NCBI GenBank assembly: GCA_963734545.1
Contig: CAVTHO010000007.1
Location: forward strand, 928,001 to 992,000
From: an uncultured Spirochaetota bacterium
GTDB taxonomy: Bacteria; Spirochaetota; Spirochaetia; SZUA-6; Fen-1364
DNA length: 64,000 nt
Direction: 5' to 3'
In this document: one piece after another, positions 10,975-19,853 of the stretch
Layout of the letters: every line of letters starts with the position of its first letter
Numbering within the stretch: the first letter of the stretch is position 1
Translations under genes and position numbers: made by a program
The notes under the pieces: generated by a model
Database searches by the model: none
What the model saw: only the letters and a program-made list of their open reading frames with translations
Told to the model about the DNA's origin: nothing

Positions 10975-11980
10975 AGGAAGAAGGCCTCATCCGGCTCGAG
11001 CACGGCAGCGGCGGCGCGCTCTCGCGCGACCTTGTCGAATCCGTGATCCATCCCTTCTTCCGCTCCGCGTCCTACCCCGAGCTTTCCGACTCGAGTCCCG
11101 TGGAGGCCGGTTCCGAATTCCTGATGACGACAGACGGCTACGTGGTCGATCCGCCTTTCTTTCCCGGCGGAGACATCGGCGGCCTTTCCGTCTGGGGCAC
11201 CTGCAACGATCTGGCAGTTTGCGGCGCAAAGCCGATCTGTGTGTCCCTGGCGCTCGTTCTCGAAGAGGGATTTGCCGTCGCTGACCTGAAACGTGTCCTC
11301 GGGTCCGCGGCCGCGGCGGCGAGGGAGGCGGACACGCGGATCGTGACAGGAGACACCAAGGTGGTTCCCCGGGGAAAGGGGGAGGAATCTTCGTCACAAC
11401 GGCTGGCCTGGGAAGACGCACATTCCCGGGGGTGCTGTCCCCCTCACGCATCCGGGAAGGTGACAGCGTGATCATTTCCGGTCCCATTGGCTCGCACGGA
11501 TTGACCGTGCTCGCTGCGCGTGAGTCGCTTCCGGTCGCCGGCGCGCTGCGCTCCGACATGGCCTTTCTCTACCCTCTGGCGAGCCTGCTCTTCCCCCTGG
11601 GGGATTCACTGCGTTTTCTCCGCGATGCGACCCGGGGCGGCATCGCCGCTGTGCTGAACGAGGCGGTGCACGGTGCGGCCTGGGGAATCAGGATGGGGGA
11701 AGCGGAGATCCCGGTCACGGAGGAAGTACGCACGGTGGCGGACCTTCTCGGCCTGAATCCGCTCGAGATCGCAAATGAGGGAGTATTCGTCGCGGTTGTG
11801 GCTGCTCCGGCGGAAGCGGCCGCGCTGCAGGCCTTGCACGCACACCCCCTGGGCAGGGCCGCGCGCCGTGTCGGACATGTCTCCATCGAGAATCCAGGTA
11901 CTGTTCTCATGACCACGAGGATCGGCGGGACAAGGAGAGTTGATTTTCCGAGGGGGCTTCTGCTGCCCCGGATCTGCTGA
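10971..11980 (+). CDS. hypE: hydrogenase maturation protein HypE; frameshift ~11385
   Basis: HGSGG, FFPGGDIG, NDLA, GDTKVV, RDATRGG, ANEG, C-terminal LPRIC. Confidence 0.95.
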
Positions 11981-11990
11981 GCGGCAGACC

Positions 11991-12530
11991 CTACGTACAA
12001 TCCCCTTCGTACTGCACCAGCGTGTTGACGGAAAAAGCAGAGAGGACCTTCTGGTAGTGGAGGAAGGGAAGCCCCACGACGCCGAATATTCCGATGACCT
12101 TTGCTCCCCCCAGCGCGAGGAGCTGGGCCGCGGCGTTCAGCGTGCCCCCCGTCGCGATCAGGTCATCCACCAGGAGGAGGCGCTGACCGGGGCGCACGTC
12201 GCTTCTGTGCATCTCCAGAACGTCTTCGCCGTATTCAAGGGTGAACCCAATGCGATAGGTTTCCCCGGGGAGCTTTCCCTTCTTTCTCAGCAGTATCAGG
12301 GGGAGCCCGCGCCGAACGGCATACGGCGCGGCAAAAATGAAGCCGCGGGACTCAATGGCAGCGACCCCGTCCACCTTCTCCTTCTCATAGAGCTCTTCCA
12401 TTCTGTCAATGCAGTACGAAAAGGCCTTCGGGTTCACGAGTATTCCGGTAATGTCATAGAACAGCACGCCGGGCTTGGGAAAGTCGGGGACCTTGCGGAT
12501 CGCCTGGTCGATGATCTCATGCGTGGGCAT
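11991..12530 (-). CDS. apt: adenine phosphoribosyltransferase
   Basis: PDFPKPGVLFYDIT, IESRGFIF, LEYGED, VDDLIATGGT. Confidence 0.96.
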   Translation of the reverse strand: MPTHEIIDQAIRKVPDFPKPGVLFYDITGILVNPKAFSYCIDRMEELYEKEKVDGVAAIESRGFIFAAPYAVRRGLPLILLRKKGKLPGETYRIGFTLEYGEDVLEMHRSDVRPGQRLLLVDDLIATGGTLNAAAQLLALGGAKVIGIFGVVGLPFLHYQKVLSAFSVNTLVQYEGDCT

Positions 12531-12960
12531 TCTTCGACTCCTGGTGGAAAGCAACGAGCTTCTTCACCCACGCGGCAATCTCGGAGGGAGCGCCGGACTT
12601 GGGGTCCGAAAAGAGAGAATCTTCCTCCCACGTCGATATCTCGGTGTCCTTCAGCGCCTTGCGCAGCCGTCCCGTGGCCTTCTCCGAGCCCATTGAAAAA
12701 AGGCCCGCCGTTCTTCCCGCCAGGGTGACACCCTTGAAAACACGGAGGCATTCCGCGTACTCCGAAGGGACGTCGGAGGAGTTCGTTTTCTGCGTGCCCA
12801 ATACGACGATTTCCGCAGCGGTGATGTCCGCGATGCTGGCTTCGGTGACCATTTTGGCAAGGGGAGCGAGCATTGCGGCATCGAACGCCCCTGCGACGGC
12901 CTCGACGACCCTGCGATTTTCGGCGGAATCCGGGGCCCAGAGTATCAGCACGCTGTGCAT
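12517..12960 (-). CDS. flavodoxin-fold protein lacking the canonical FMN phosphate loop
   Basis: Flavodoxin-like pattern (VLILWAPDSAENRRVVEAV...IVVLGT...LAGRTAGLFS); overlaps the apt start. Confidence 0.6.
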   Translation of the reverse strand: MHSVLILWAPDSAENRRVVEAVAGAFDAAMLAPLAKMVTEASIADITAAEIVVLGTQKTNSSDVPSEYAECLRVFKGVTLAGRTAGLFSMGSEKATGRLRKALKDTEISTWEEDSLFSDPKSGAPSEIAAWVKKLVAFHQESKNAHA

Positions 12961-12978
12961 TCGCCTCTCCTGCACTGA

Positions 12979-13007
12979 AGTCTAACAATCGAAATATGCC
13001 TTGTCAA
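12979..13007 (-). promoter_or_regulatory. sigma70-type promoter for flavodoxin-like gene and apt
   Basis: TTGACA-17 nt-TAGACT on the minus strand. Confidence 0.7.
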
Positions 13008-13129
13008 ATTGAAAAATCGGCATAACGGCAGGCTTTTGGGGGTTGGAGTTTCTTTACATATGGAATATCCTTGTACTGGCGAAGCCATAGAGCGTTTTGG
13101 CGGAGGAGGCAGGGGAAATTCCAGCCCAT

Positions 13130-15406
13130 ATGCGGGAGTTGGTTCTCTTCACGCTCGAGGACACTCACTACGGCATCTGGAGGGATCAGATCCTCTCGAT
13201 GGAGGCTGTACAGTCGCTGCATCGACTGCCGTTCGCCAGATCGAGCCTGACCGTGCTGTCGGTATATGGCGGGCAGACCCAGACACTGGCCGACCTGCCG
13301 CTGTGCCTGGGGCATCCGGCAACCAGGGACGCGAAAGGGGCGAACGCCTGGCTGTTGTCCGAACGGGAGTCGATCCGCGGATTCCTCGTGAGCGGAGAAA
13401 GCGCGTCAGTCCAGGTATCTCCGGAGACTCTTGTTCGCGTACCCGACTTTCTGCGCGGCCTTCCAATAGAAGCTTTTTTCGACCACGACTCTCTCCCGGT
13501 GCCCGTGCTCAACGTCTCCGCCATTCATGAGCGAGTACGCAAAGCCGAGCGGGAGAAGCCCGCGCCCCCCCTGGCCCTGCATGCGCTGCCGGCCCGGCAA
13601 TCGAGTCCTGCAGCCAGGTTCAGGGTTTTTACTTCATCAGGGAGCCTCTTCGCCGCTCCCGGCGCCGACGTTGCAGAGGTGACCTTGAGCGGCCGCCGGG
13701 TTGCGCGCCTGCCGCTCCTCCCGCCGAACATCGAGGGAGTGGCGCTTTCGCACAACAGCGTCATTCCTGTCGTCGATCTTGCCCATCGCGTAAGCGGAAA
13801 AAACAGCCAGGAGAACTCCCGGATCCTCGAAGCGAAACTGGACGGTGCCGCCCTCGGCTTTCTCATCGACGAGGATGAGGGGGAATGGACTTCGGCAGAT
13901 GTCATGGTCAAAGAGCTCCCGCCGGTCCTGCGCGCGCCGTGGATGGGCGCGGCGGTGCTCCGAGGTGCACACGTCGCCCCCCTCATCGACCTCGGCGCTC
14001 TGCTGTCCAGCCCTGCCAGGAGCGCAAGCGGCAGCCCGCATCCACGTCCCTATTCGCCTGATTCACGGTTTCCCGCTGTGTTCGGGCACCAGCCGGTCGA
14101 GGTCATCGAGTTTTCCGCTCTCGGCACGATCTTTGCGGTTCCACAGAGTGAAGCGGCGGATGTCCTGCCTTGTCAGCCGTTCCAGGAGTTCCCCCTGGCC
14201 ACCGGGCTCGTGGCAGGCCTGGCGGATTTCGGCGGCGAGCTTGTCCCCGTCATCGACCTGGCCCGGATTGGCGGAGAATCTCCGCAGAGAACCGCAGATT
14301 GGCGGATGATCGTGCTCAAGAACGGAGATTTCAGAGCGCTCGTCGTGTGCGCAAGCACGCGCGCCGCGCGCACGCTCGAGCGCGAGGTGCAGCGTGACGT
14401 GCCTGTTGTGCTCCCCTTCCCGGTTGTCTACGGGTGCTATACCGACGGGGAGGCCGTCCGGCTCGTCCTGAATATCGAAGAGCTCACGGTACATTACCAC
14501 CAGTCCGACGCCGCGCTTCTTCTGCCTGTTCTTGCGAAGGCCGCGGGAGAAGGCCCGATAGGCGCCCCGGTCACCCACCATGCGCAGGAGCCGGTGCTGC
14601 CTGCAATGGTTCCCACGGAGCCTGCCGTTCCTGCCCACGCTGTCGAGAGACCTGTTTCTCCCGGCCAGGATCTGGCGGAACCTGTTGTTCCGGCGCAGGA
14701 CATGCCGCAGCCTCCCCTCTCCGCCCCTGCCGCAGAGGAAGGATCTCTGACAGAGCTCCCGATGCCTTCCGAACCCCCGCTCCCGGCTGAGCTCGAGCTG
14801 AGCTCTCTGGAGCCAAGTCCCGAAGAGCCTGCTCCCGCGGAATCCGTTCCGCTGGAGCCCAGCCCGGTGGCCGAACGGCAGGCGCCGACCGAATCGGCTC
14901 CTTCCCTTGGGGATGAATTTGGATTCGAGCCGGTTCAGCCGGCTGAAACAGCCGCCCCGCGGACGCCCACCCCTGCCGGGCCCGAACCTGCGCGACAGGA
15001 TGAAAGGCCGATCTCTCGATCAAAGAAGCCCGCGCCCGCTCGCGGGAGAGTAGTGAGGCGAGTGCTGTTTGCGGCGGCAATCGCCATACTCGTGGCCGCG
15101 GGCGTCGTTGCGGGTCTCCGTCTTGGAATATTCCTGCCCCGGCCGGCCGTGCCGGCTGCACCGACCGCACCTGCTGTGCCGGTCGCACCGGCCGCACCGA
15201 CCGACCTGAAGTCGGACGCCACGACAAGTACGGAGTCCTCGCCTCCCGCGGATACGCTCTATGTCGTGAAACAGGGCGATACGCTGTGGGACATCGCTGC
15301 CCGGTTCACGGGGGACCCGCACAACTTCCGCGGCCTCGCCGCACACAATGGAATAGCGGATCCTGATGTGATTTCTCCCGGGCAGGTGATCAAGGTGCCG
15401 CGCTAG
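13130..15406 (+). CDS. protein with three CheW-like domains, Pro/Glu-rich linker, transmembrane helix and C-terminal LysM
   Basis: CheW-like repeats (LVLFTLEDTHYGI..LADLPLCLG; FRVFTSSGSLFAAP..IEGVALSHNSVIPVVDLA; VIEFSALGTIFAVP..LVAGLADFGGELVPVIDLA), TM VLFAAAIAILVAAGVVAGL, LysM YVVKQGDTLWDIA..IADPDVISPGQVIKVP; alternative TTG start at 13097. Confidence 0.8.
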   Translation: MRELVLFTLEDTHYGIWRDQILSMEAVQSLHRLPFARSSLTVLSVYGGQTQTLADLPLCLGHPATRDAKGANAWLLSERESIRGFLVSGESASVQVSPETLVRVPDFLRGLPIEAFFDHDSLPVPVLNVSAIHERVRKAEREKPAPPLALHALPARQSSPAARFRVFTSSGSLFAAPGADVAEVTLSGRRVARLPLLPPNIEGVALSHNSVIPVVDLAHRVSGKNSQENSRILEAKLDGAALGFLIDEDEGEWTSADVMVKELPPVLRAPWMGAAVLRGAHVAPLIDLGALLSSPARSASGSPHPRPYSPDSRFPAVFGHQPVEVIEFSALGTIFAVPQSEAADVLPCQPFQEFPLATGLVAGLADFGGELVPVIDLARIGGESPQRTADWRMIVLKNGDFRALVVCASTRAARTLEREVQRDVPVVLPFPVVYGCYTDGEAVRLVLNIEELTVHYHQSDAALLLPVLAKAAGEGPIGAPVTHHAQEPVLPAMVPTEPAVPAHAVERPVSPGQDLAEPVVPAQDMPQPPLSAPAAEEGSLTELPMPSEPPLPAELELSSLEPSPEEPAPAESVPLEPSPVAERQAPTESAPSLGDEFGFEPVQPAETAAPRTPTPAGPEPARQDERPISRSKKPAPARGRVVRRVLFAAAIAILVAAGVVAGLRLGIFLPRPAVPAAPTAPAVPVAPAAPTDLKSDATTSTESSPPADTLYVVKQGDTLWDIAARFTGDPHNFRGLAAHNGIADPDVISPGQVIKVPR

Positions 15407-15608
15407 GCTCGGCCTTTTGGCCCTGGACTGGGCGCCAACGGCGGACGAAGTCCGCTCCACGCGACCAGAGCGGTACTCCGCACTCGCTCGCCCCTCGCCA
15501 TCCAACTCCGCGGAGTACCGCGGAAGGTCTACGGGCTCGCTTCCGTCCATCCCTGGACTCGCTCGCCCTCGGCATCCAACTCCGCGGAGTACCGCGGAAG
15601 GCCTACGG
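15404..15608. repeat. cluster of nested-hairpin REP-like repeats between convergent genes (two ~75 bp direct units)
   Basis: ACTCGCTCGCCC(C)TCGSCATCCAACTCCGCGGAGTACCGCGGAAGGYCTACGG at ~15482 and ~15557; related copies at ~47321, ~49727, ~55757 and ~33880. Confidence 0.85.
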
Positions 15609-16616
15609 ATACGCTCTCTTGAACATCGGCACGCGCGCTTCGGCGTTCAGGGCAAAGCTCGAGAGCTTCCCCGCGACAAGCGCATGATAGCCGATCCCGG
15701 CGACCATTGCGGCGTTGTCCGTGCAAAGCTTCAGAGACGGAAAGATCACCTCGAGGCCCTTCTCCGCTGCCATTCGTTCTCGAAGGTAGCTGTTCGCCGC
15801 GACGCCGCCTCCGGCAACGATCCTGCGCAGGCCCGTGTCCTCCGCGGCGGCCAGGGCACGGTCCACCAGAATGTCGATGGCGGCCTTCTGGAATGAGGCG
15901 GCGATATTGGCCAGGCTCTTTTCCGACTTTCCGTTCCAGAACTGCGCGCTCTGATGAATGACCGCGGTCTTCAGCCCCGAATACGAAACATCGTAGAATG
16001 CTTCCCCCTTGTGCAGCGAGGGCTTCGGGAACTGGAACGCGCGGGGATCTCCCGTCCGTGCGAGCCGGTCAATGGCCACGCCGCCCGGGAAGCCCATCTG
16101 GTAGTATTTGGCCACCTTGTCGAAAGCCTCCCCGCATGCGTCGTCGATCGTCGTGCCGAGGACCTCGATCGAGTCGCTGCGCTCCACGCGGGCGATGATC
16201 GTATGGCCTCCCGAGACCAGTACGCCCAGGTAGGGGTAGGAGATATCCTGCTCGAGATGAGGCGCGTACAGGTGCGCGAGGATATGGTCCACACCGACCA
16301 GCGGCTTTCCCAGGGCCCAGGCAAGACCCTTGGCAAATGAGAGGCCGACCAGGAGCGAGCCGATGAGCCCGGGCCGGAATGTCACGGCAACGGCGTCGAG
16401 CGCCTCCGCGTTCACGCCGGCCTCCGCGAGCGCATCCTGCACGACTGGTTTGATCCATTCGATGTGCTTCCGGGAGGCGATCTCCGGGACCACGCCATAG
16501 TAGGGCTTGTGAAAATCCACCTGGCTCAGGACGATGTTGCTGAGGATGCGTCGACCGTCCTCGACCACCGCCGCCGCGCACTCGTCACAGGAGCTTTCGA
16601 TTCCGAGAATCCTCAC
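15603..16616 (-). CDS. tsaD: tRNA threonylcarbamoyladenosine biosynthesis protein TsaD
   Basis: LGIESSCDE, GVVPEIASRKH, HILAH, VSGGHT, DDACGEAFDK, GGVAAN, CTDNAAM. Confidence 0.97.
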   Translation of the reverse strand: MRILGIESSCDECAAAVVEDGRRILSNIVLSQVDFHKPYYGVVPEIASRKHIEWIKPVVQDALAEAGVNAEALDAVAVTFRPGLIGSLLVGLSFAKGLAWALGKPLVGVDHILAHLYAPHLEQDISYPYLGVLVSGGHTIIARVERSDSIEVLGTTIDDACGEAFDKVAKYYQMGFPGGVAIDRLARTGDPRAFQFPKPSLHKGEAFYDVSYSGLKTAVIHQSAQFWNGKSEKSLANIAASFQKAAIDILVDRALAAAEDTGLRRIVAGGGVAANSYLRERMAAEKGLEVIFPSLKLCTDNAAMVAGIGYHALVAGKLSSFALNAEARVPMFKRAYP

Positions 16617-17506
16617 TGTCCAGTTTCCCCTTCCCTTTCACCAAGGACTTCCGTCAGCCGGGCAAGCCGGACACCCTCGGCGGAGAGGTTCCTCTCCTCG
16701 GCGCGCAGTATATCGATGACCCCCTTGTTCTGTACATGCCCGATCAGGACCGAAAAGCCGCGCATCTTCGCTTCCGAGACTCCCTTGACGAACGCGGAGG
16801 CAATATCCGCCTCCGCAGTGCTCTTGTCGACGAAGACGTCACGCTGAAGAAAAGGAACATCGAGCTCACGCGCCACCCGGGGACCGACCGTATCCCCCGT
16901 GGTCCTGCTGTCCACGAAGAATTTTCCCTCCCGCTTCAGAAAGCGCATGACAGTGCTCATCAAAGCCTCGTCGGCCGTTGCCCGGGAGCCCATGTGATTG
17001 TTCATACCCTGCGCGCCCGGAACCGATTCAAACGCGGCAGCCAGCAGCGATTCGATCTCGCCCGGGCTCTGGTCAACGCGCAGCGCCCCGGGCCCCGGGT
17101 CCTCACCCCCGGTGGCTTCCATGGGACAGTGCAGGATCAGGTCTTTGCCCGCCGCGAGCACGCGCCGCGCCGCCTCCCGACTGTGCGGAAGGTTGGGAAG
17201 GACCGCGATGGTCATGGGTCCGGGGAGGTCGAGGAAGGCCTGCAGCTCGCCGAGGTTGTAGCCGGCGTCGTCTATGATGACCGCAAGCAGTCCCTGCTTC
17301 TCGGGGCGAGGATGACCGGGAGGGCTGGTTCTCGACGTGTCAGCCTGCGGAGCAACAACCGCGGGAGGCCGGTGCGTCGCTGTGGGGGGTACAGTGCCCC
17401 TGCCCGGCTCAGGAGGGCAGGCGACGAGAAGGGCGACAATGCCGGCAACAAGGAGTATGAGGAGGATGGCGGCGAACCGAGCTTTCGGGAGGGGGCGGGA
17501 ACGCAT
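16613..17506 (-). CDS. divergent polysaccharide deacetylase family protein (YibQ-like)
   Basis: AVIIDDAG, LHCPME, MNNHMGS, FVDSRT, RDVFVD, IGH. Confidence 0.92.
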   Translation of the reverse strand: MRSRPLPKARFAAILLILLVAGIVALLVACPPEPGRGTVPPTATHRPPAVVAPQADTSRTSPPGHPRPEKQGLLAVIIDDAGYNLGELQAFLDLPGPMTIAVLPNLPHSREAARRVLAAGKDLILHCPMEATGGEDPGPGALRVDQSPGEIESLLAAAFESVPGAQGMNNHMGSRATADEALMSTVMRFLKREGKFFVDSRTTGDTVGPRVARELDVPFLQRDVFVDKSTAEADIASAFVKGVSEAKMRGFSVLIGHVQNKGVIDILRAEERNLSAEGVRLARLTEVLGEREGETGQ

Positions 17507-17522
17507 GGTCAACTCCGGAGCC

Positions 17523-18368
17523 TCAGCTGTAGACGTACTCCTTCAGCTCATCGGAGAAGCTCCTGAGTTTCTTGAGCGCGCGGATTTCGATCTGCCGCAC
17601 CGTTTCGGGCGAGATCCCGAGCTCGTCTCCGATCTTCTTCAGCGTGTAGCGCTTGCCGCTGGCAAAAGAGAATCGGTACAACAGAATCTGCCGTTCTTTC
17701 TCCTGCAGGCCGTCGAGAAACTTGAGCGTGTCCTCTCTCAATGTCTTCTGCATGAGCTCCAGCTCGGGGTTGAAGGACATATCTTCAACGACATCGTGAA
17801 GGCTGCCGGAATCTCCCGCGAGGGTGGAATCCAGGGAGGCAACGCTGATGGAAGAGTTGATGATTGACGCGACCTCGTCTTCCTGCAGCCCGATTTCCTC
17901 CGCGATCTCCAGGAGTGTAGGCTCGCGCATGAGCACCTGCGAAAGATTGTTGTACACCTTGCTGATCTTTCGCAGCTTTTCCTCCTGACGGTGAGGAAGC
18001 CTGATCACTCTCTTCTTGTTGGACAACGAGCGAACGATCGACTGCTTGATCCACCAGGACGCATACGTGCTGAAACGCACCTGCTTCCTGAAATCGTACT
18101 TTGATGCCGCTCTCATGAGGCCGAGGTTGCCCTCCTGAATGAGATCGAGAATCGACACTTCCGGCGTAAGGTAGCTCTTCGCAATCCGCACCACCAGGCG
18201 GAGGTTGGACTCTATCAGGAGCGTTCGTGCCTGCTCGTCTCCGGCCTGTATCCGGCGGGAAAGCTCTAATTCTTGTTCGAACGTCAGGAGCTTTGCCTTT
18301 TTGATCTGGCTGAAGTAGGCTTTGAGGTTATCTTCGAAGGAAGTCGAAATCTCCCTCTTCCTGCTCAT
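17523..18368 (-). CDS. rpoS: sigma-70 family factor; positional equivalent of Borrelia RpoS
   Basis: Regions 1.2-4 (LIESNLRLVV, DLIQEGNLGL, FSTYASWWIKQ, ISPETVRQIE), no region 1.1; lies between flgJ and the deacetylase-tsaD pair as I recall for B. burgdorferi. Confidence 0.8.
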   Translation of the reverse strand: MSRKREISTSFEDNLKAYFSQIKKAKLLTFEQELELSRRIQAGDEQARTLLIESNLRLVVRIAKSYLTPEVSILDLIQEGNLGLMRAASKYDFRKQVRFSTYASWWIKQSIVRSLSNKKRVIRLPHRQEEKLRKISKVYNNLSQVLMREPTLLEIAEEIGLQEDEVASIINSSISVASLDSTLAGDSGSLHDVVEDMSFNPELELMQKTLREDTLKFLDGLQEKERQILLYRFSFASGKRYTLKKIGDELGISPETVRQIEIRALKKLRSFSDELKEYVYS

Positions 18369-18391
18369 CAAACACTCCTGGAAAGAACAAA

Positions 18392-18407
18392 AGCAAAATC
18401 CATGCCA
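18392..18407 (-). promoter_or_regulatory. sigma54 (RpoN) -24/-12 promoter of the rpoS-like gene
   Basis: Minus strand TGGCATGGATTTTGCT versus consensus TGGCACGNNNNTTGCW; exact GG-N10-GC spacing; AGGAG RBS just downstream. Confidence 0.85.
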
Positions 18408-18525
18408 CTAGGGAGATGTACAACAATCAAAGTATTTCTTTATCTGGCAAATAGATACTTAACATCCTTTCCGGGCGACAATACATCCAGCTCAATTGTA
18501 CTTTTTTTGATACAATCTTCAAGTA

Positions 18526-18828
18526 TTATTTTGATGATACTTGCCTGTATATCATGTCGGAAAGGCCGAACTGGGCGGTTTCTGCCATCTTCTTCGCGTA
18601 CTCGTCGTAGAGCATTCCCTCGAAAATGTCCTGGCTCATCCCCCCGTTGAGCAGATCATCTCCTTTGTGGACGGTTTTCCGCATAACGTCAAGCATCTGT
18701 TTGATGAACAGCGCCTCGAAATCCTGGCACGCCTTGTACAGCTCGCTGTTCCGGTCTATTGCCGGCTTCTTCGGCTGCGAGCTGTTCATCGGGTATGCAT
18801 ATACGTTGTTCAGGCTTGTGACCTGCAT
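18526..18828 (-). CDS. flgJ: short FlgJ (rod-binding domain only)
   Basis: LYKACQDFEALFIKQMLDVMRKTV...IFEGMLYDEYA...GLSDMIYRQ. Confidence 0.9.
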   Translation of the reverse strand: MQVTSLNNVYAYPMNSSQPKKPAIDRNSELYKACQDFEALFIKQMLDVMRKTVHKGDDLLNGGMSQDIFEGMLYDEYAKKMAETAQFGLSDMIYRQVSSK

Positions 18829-18839
18829 GTCCCGCCCTT

Positions 18840-19853
18840 TCACATGACAATGAGGCTGCCGAACAGGGCCCCCGCCCTTTCGACGGCCTGGAGCACGCCG
18901 ATTATCACGTCAGCTTTCAAACCCACGGCCTTGAGAGCAGAAACGAAGTCATCCACCGTCGTGGTATCCCCTATCACGAACACATCCGGCGGTCCGGAGG
19001 CGGCTTGCGATGCCGCACCCACGGTGACCCGCGCCGTGCGGTAGGAGACCGCCACCTTTCCGATCCGGACTTTTTCTCCCATGACAATGACGCCCCCGGC
19101 GGCGTTGATGACCACCCTGCCGTCTGAGTCCGGAGTGACGGTGAGCGCTTCAAGCTGGGCGAGAAACCCGACCGGGTTCGCCCTGCTCGCCTGGGGGAGC
19201 TGCACTTCGATGAGTGACGCGTCACGGCTCGTGACGGAGATGCCGGAGAAGGCCGCCTCGATCGCCTTCTGCACGGCGCTGGCCGTCACGAAGTCCGGGT
19301 TGCGCAGGAGGATGGAGACGACATTGTTGTCCAGGTACTGGGACACGACTTCCTTTTCCACGATGGCGCCCGCGGCAATGGCCCCCACGGTCTTCGCGCC
19401 GTTCTGCTCCTGCGTCGTCATCACGCGCCCCTGCGCAACAGCGTAGGTCTGGCCGTTGGCTGCCTGGAGATTCGCCTGCAGGAGGATGCCGCCGTCCAGG
19501 TCCCGCGCGTCACCGATACTGGAGACCGTGACATCGATTCGGTCCCCGGCCCTTGCAAATGGGGGCAGCTCCGCATTCACCATGACTACGGCTGCATTCT
19601 TGCTCCGGATGTCCTGGGGAGCCACGGATACCCCGAAACTCGCCACGAGAGAGGAAAGGGAGGAGCGCAGAAGAGACGAGGTGGACGAATCCCCTTTGCC
19701 ATTGAGCCCGGTGACGAGTCCGAGCCCGAGGATCTGGTTTCCCCTTACGCCCCGCAGGGTGGCGATATCCTTGATCCGAACGGTGGGAACCGCCATGGCG
19801 GAGACACCTGCCGCCGCGATGAACAGAAGAGCCAGGAATCTACGGGAGCTCAA
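18840..19853 (-). CDS. flgI: flagellar P-ring protein FlgI
   Basis: RIKDIA, GVRGNQILGLGLVTGLNGKGD, KNAAVVMV, DVTVSSIGDARDLDGG; start codon uncertain (TTG 19853). Confidence 0.93.
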   Translation of the reverse strand: MSSRRFLALLFIAAAGVSAMAVPTVRIKDIATLRGVRGNQILGLGLVTGLNGKGDSSTSSLLRSSLSSLVASFGVSVAPQDIRSKNAAVVMVNAELPPFARAGDRIDVTVSSIGDARDLDGGILLQANLQAANGQTYAVAQGRVMTTQEQNGAKTVGAIAAGAIVEKEVVSQYLDNNVVSILLRNPDFVTASAVQKAIEAAFSGISVTSRDASLIEVQLPQASRANPVGFLAQLEALTVTPDSDGRVVINAAGGVIVMGEKVRIGKVAVSYRTARVTVGAASQAASGPPDVFVIGDTTTVDDFVSALKAVGLKADVIIGVLQAVERAGALFGSLIVM

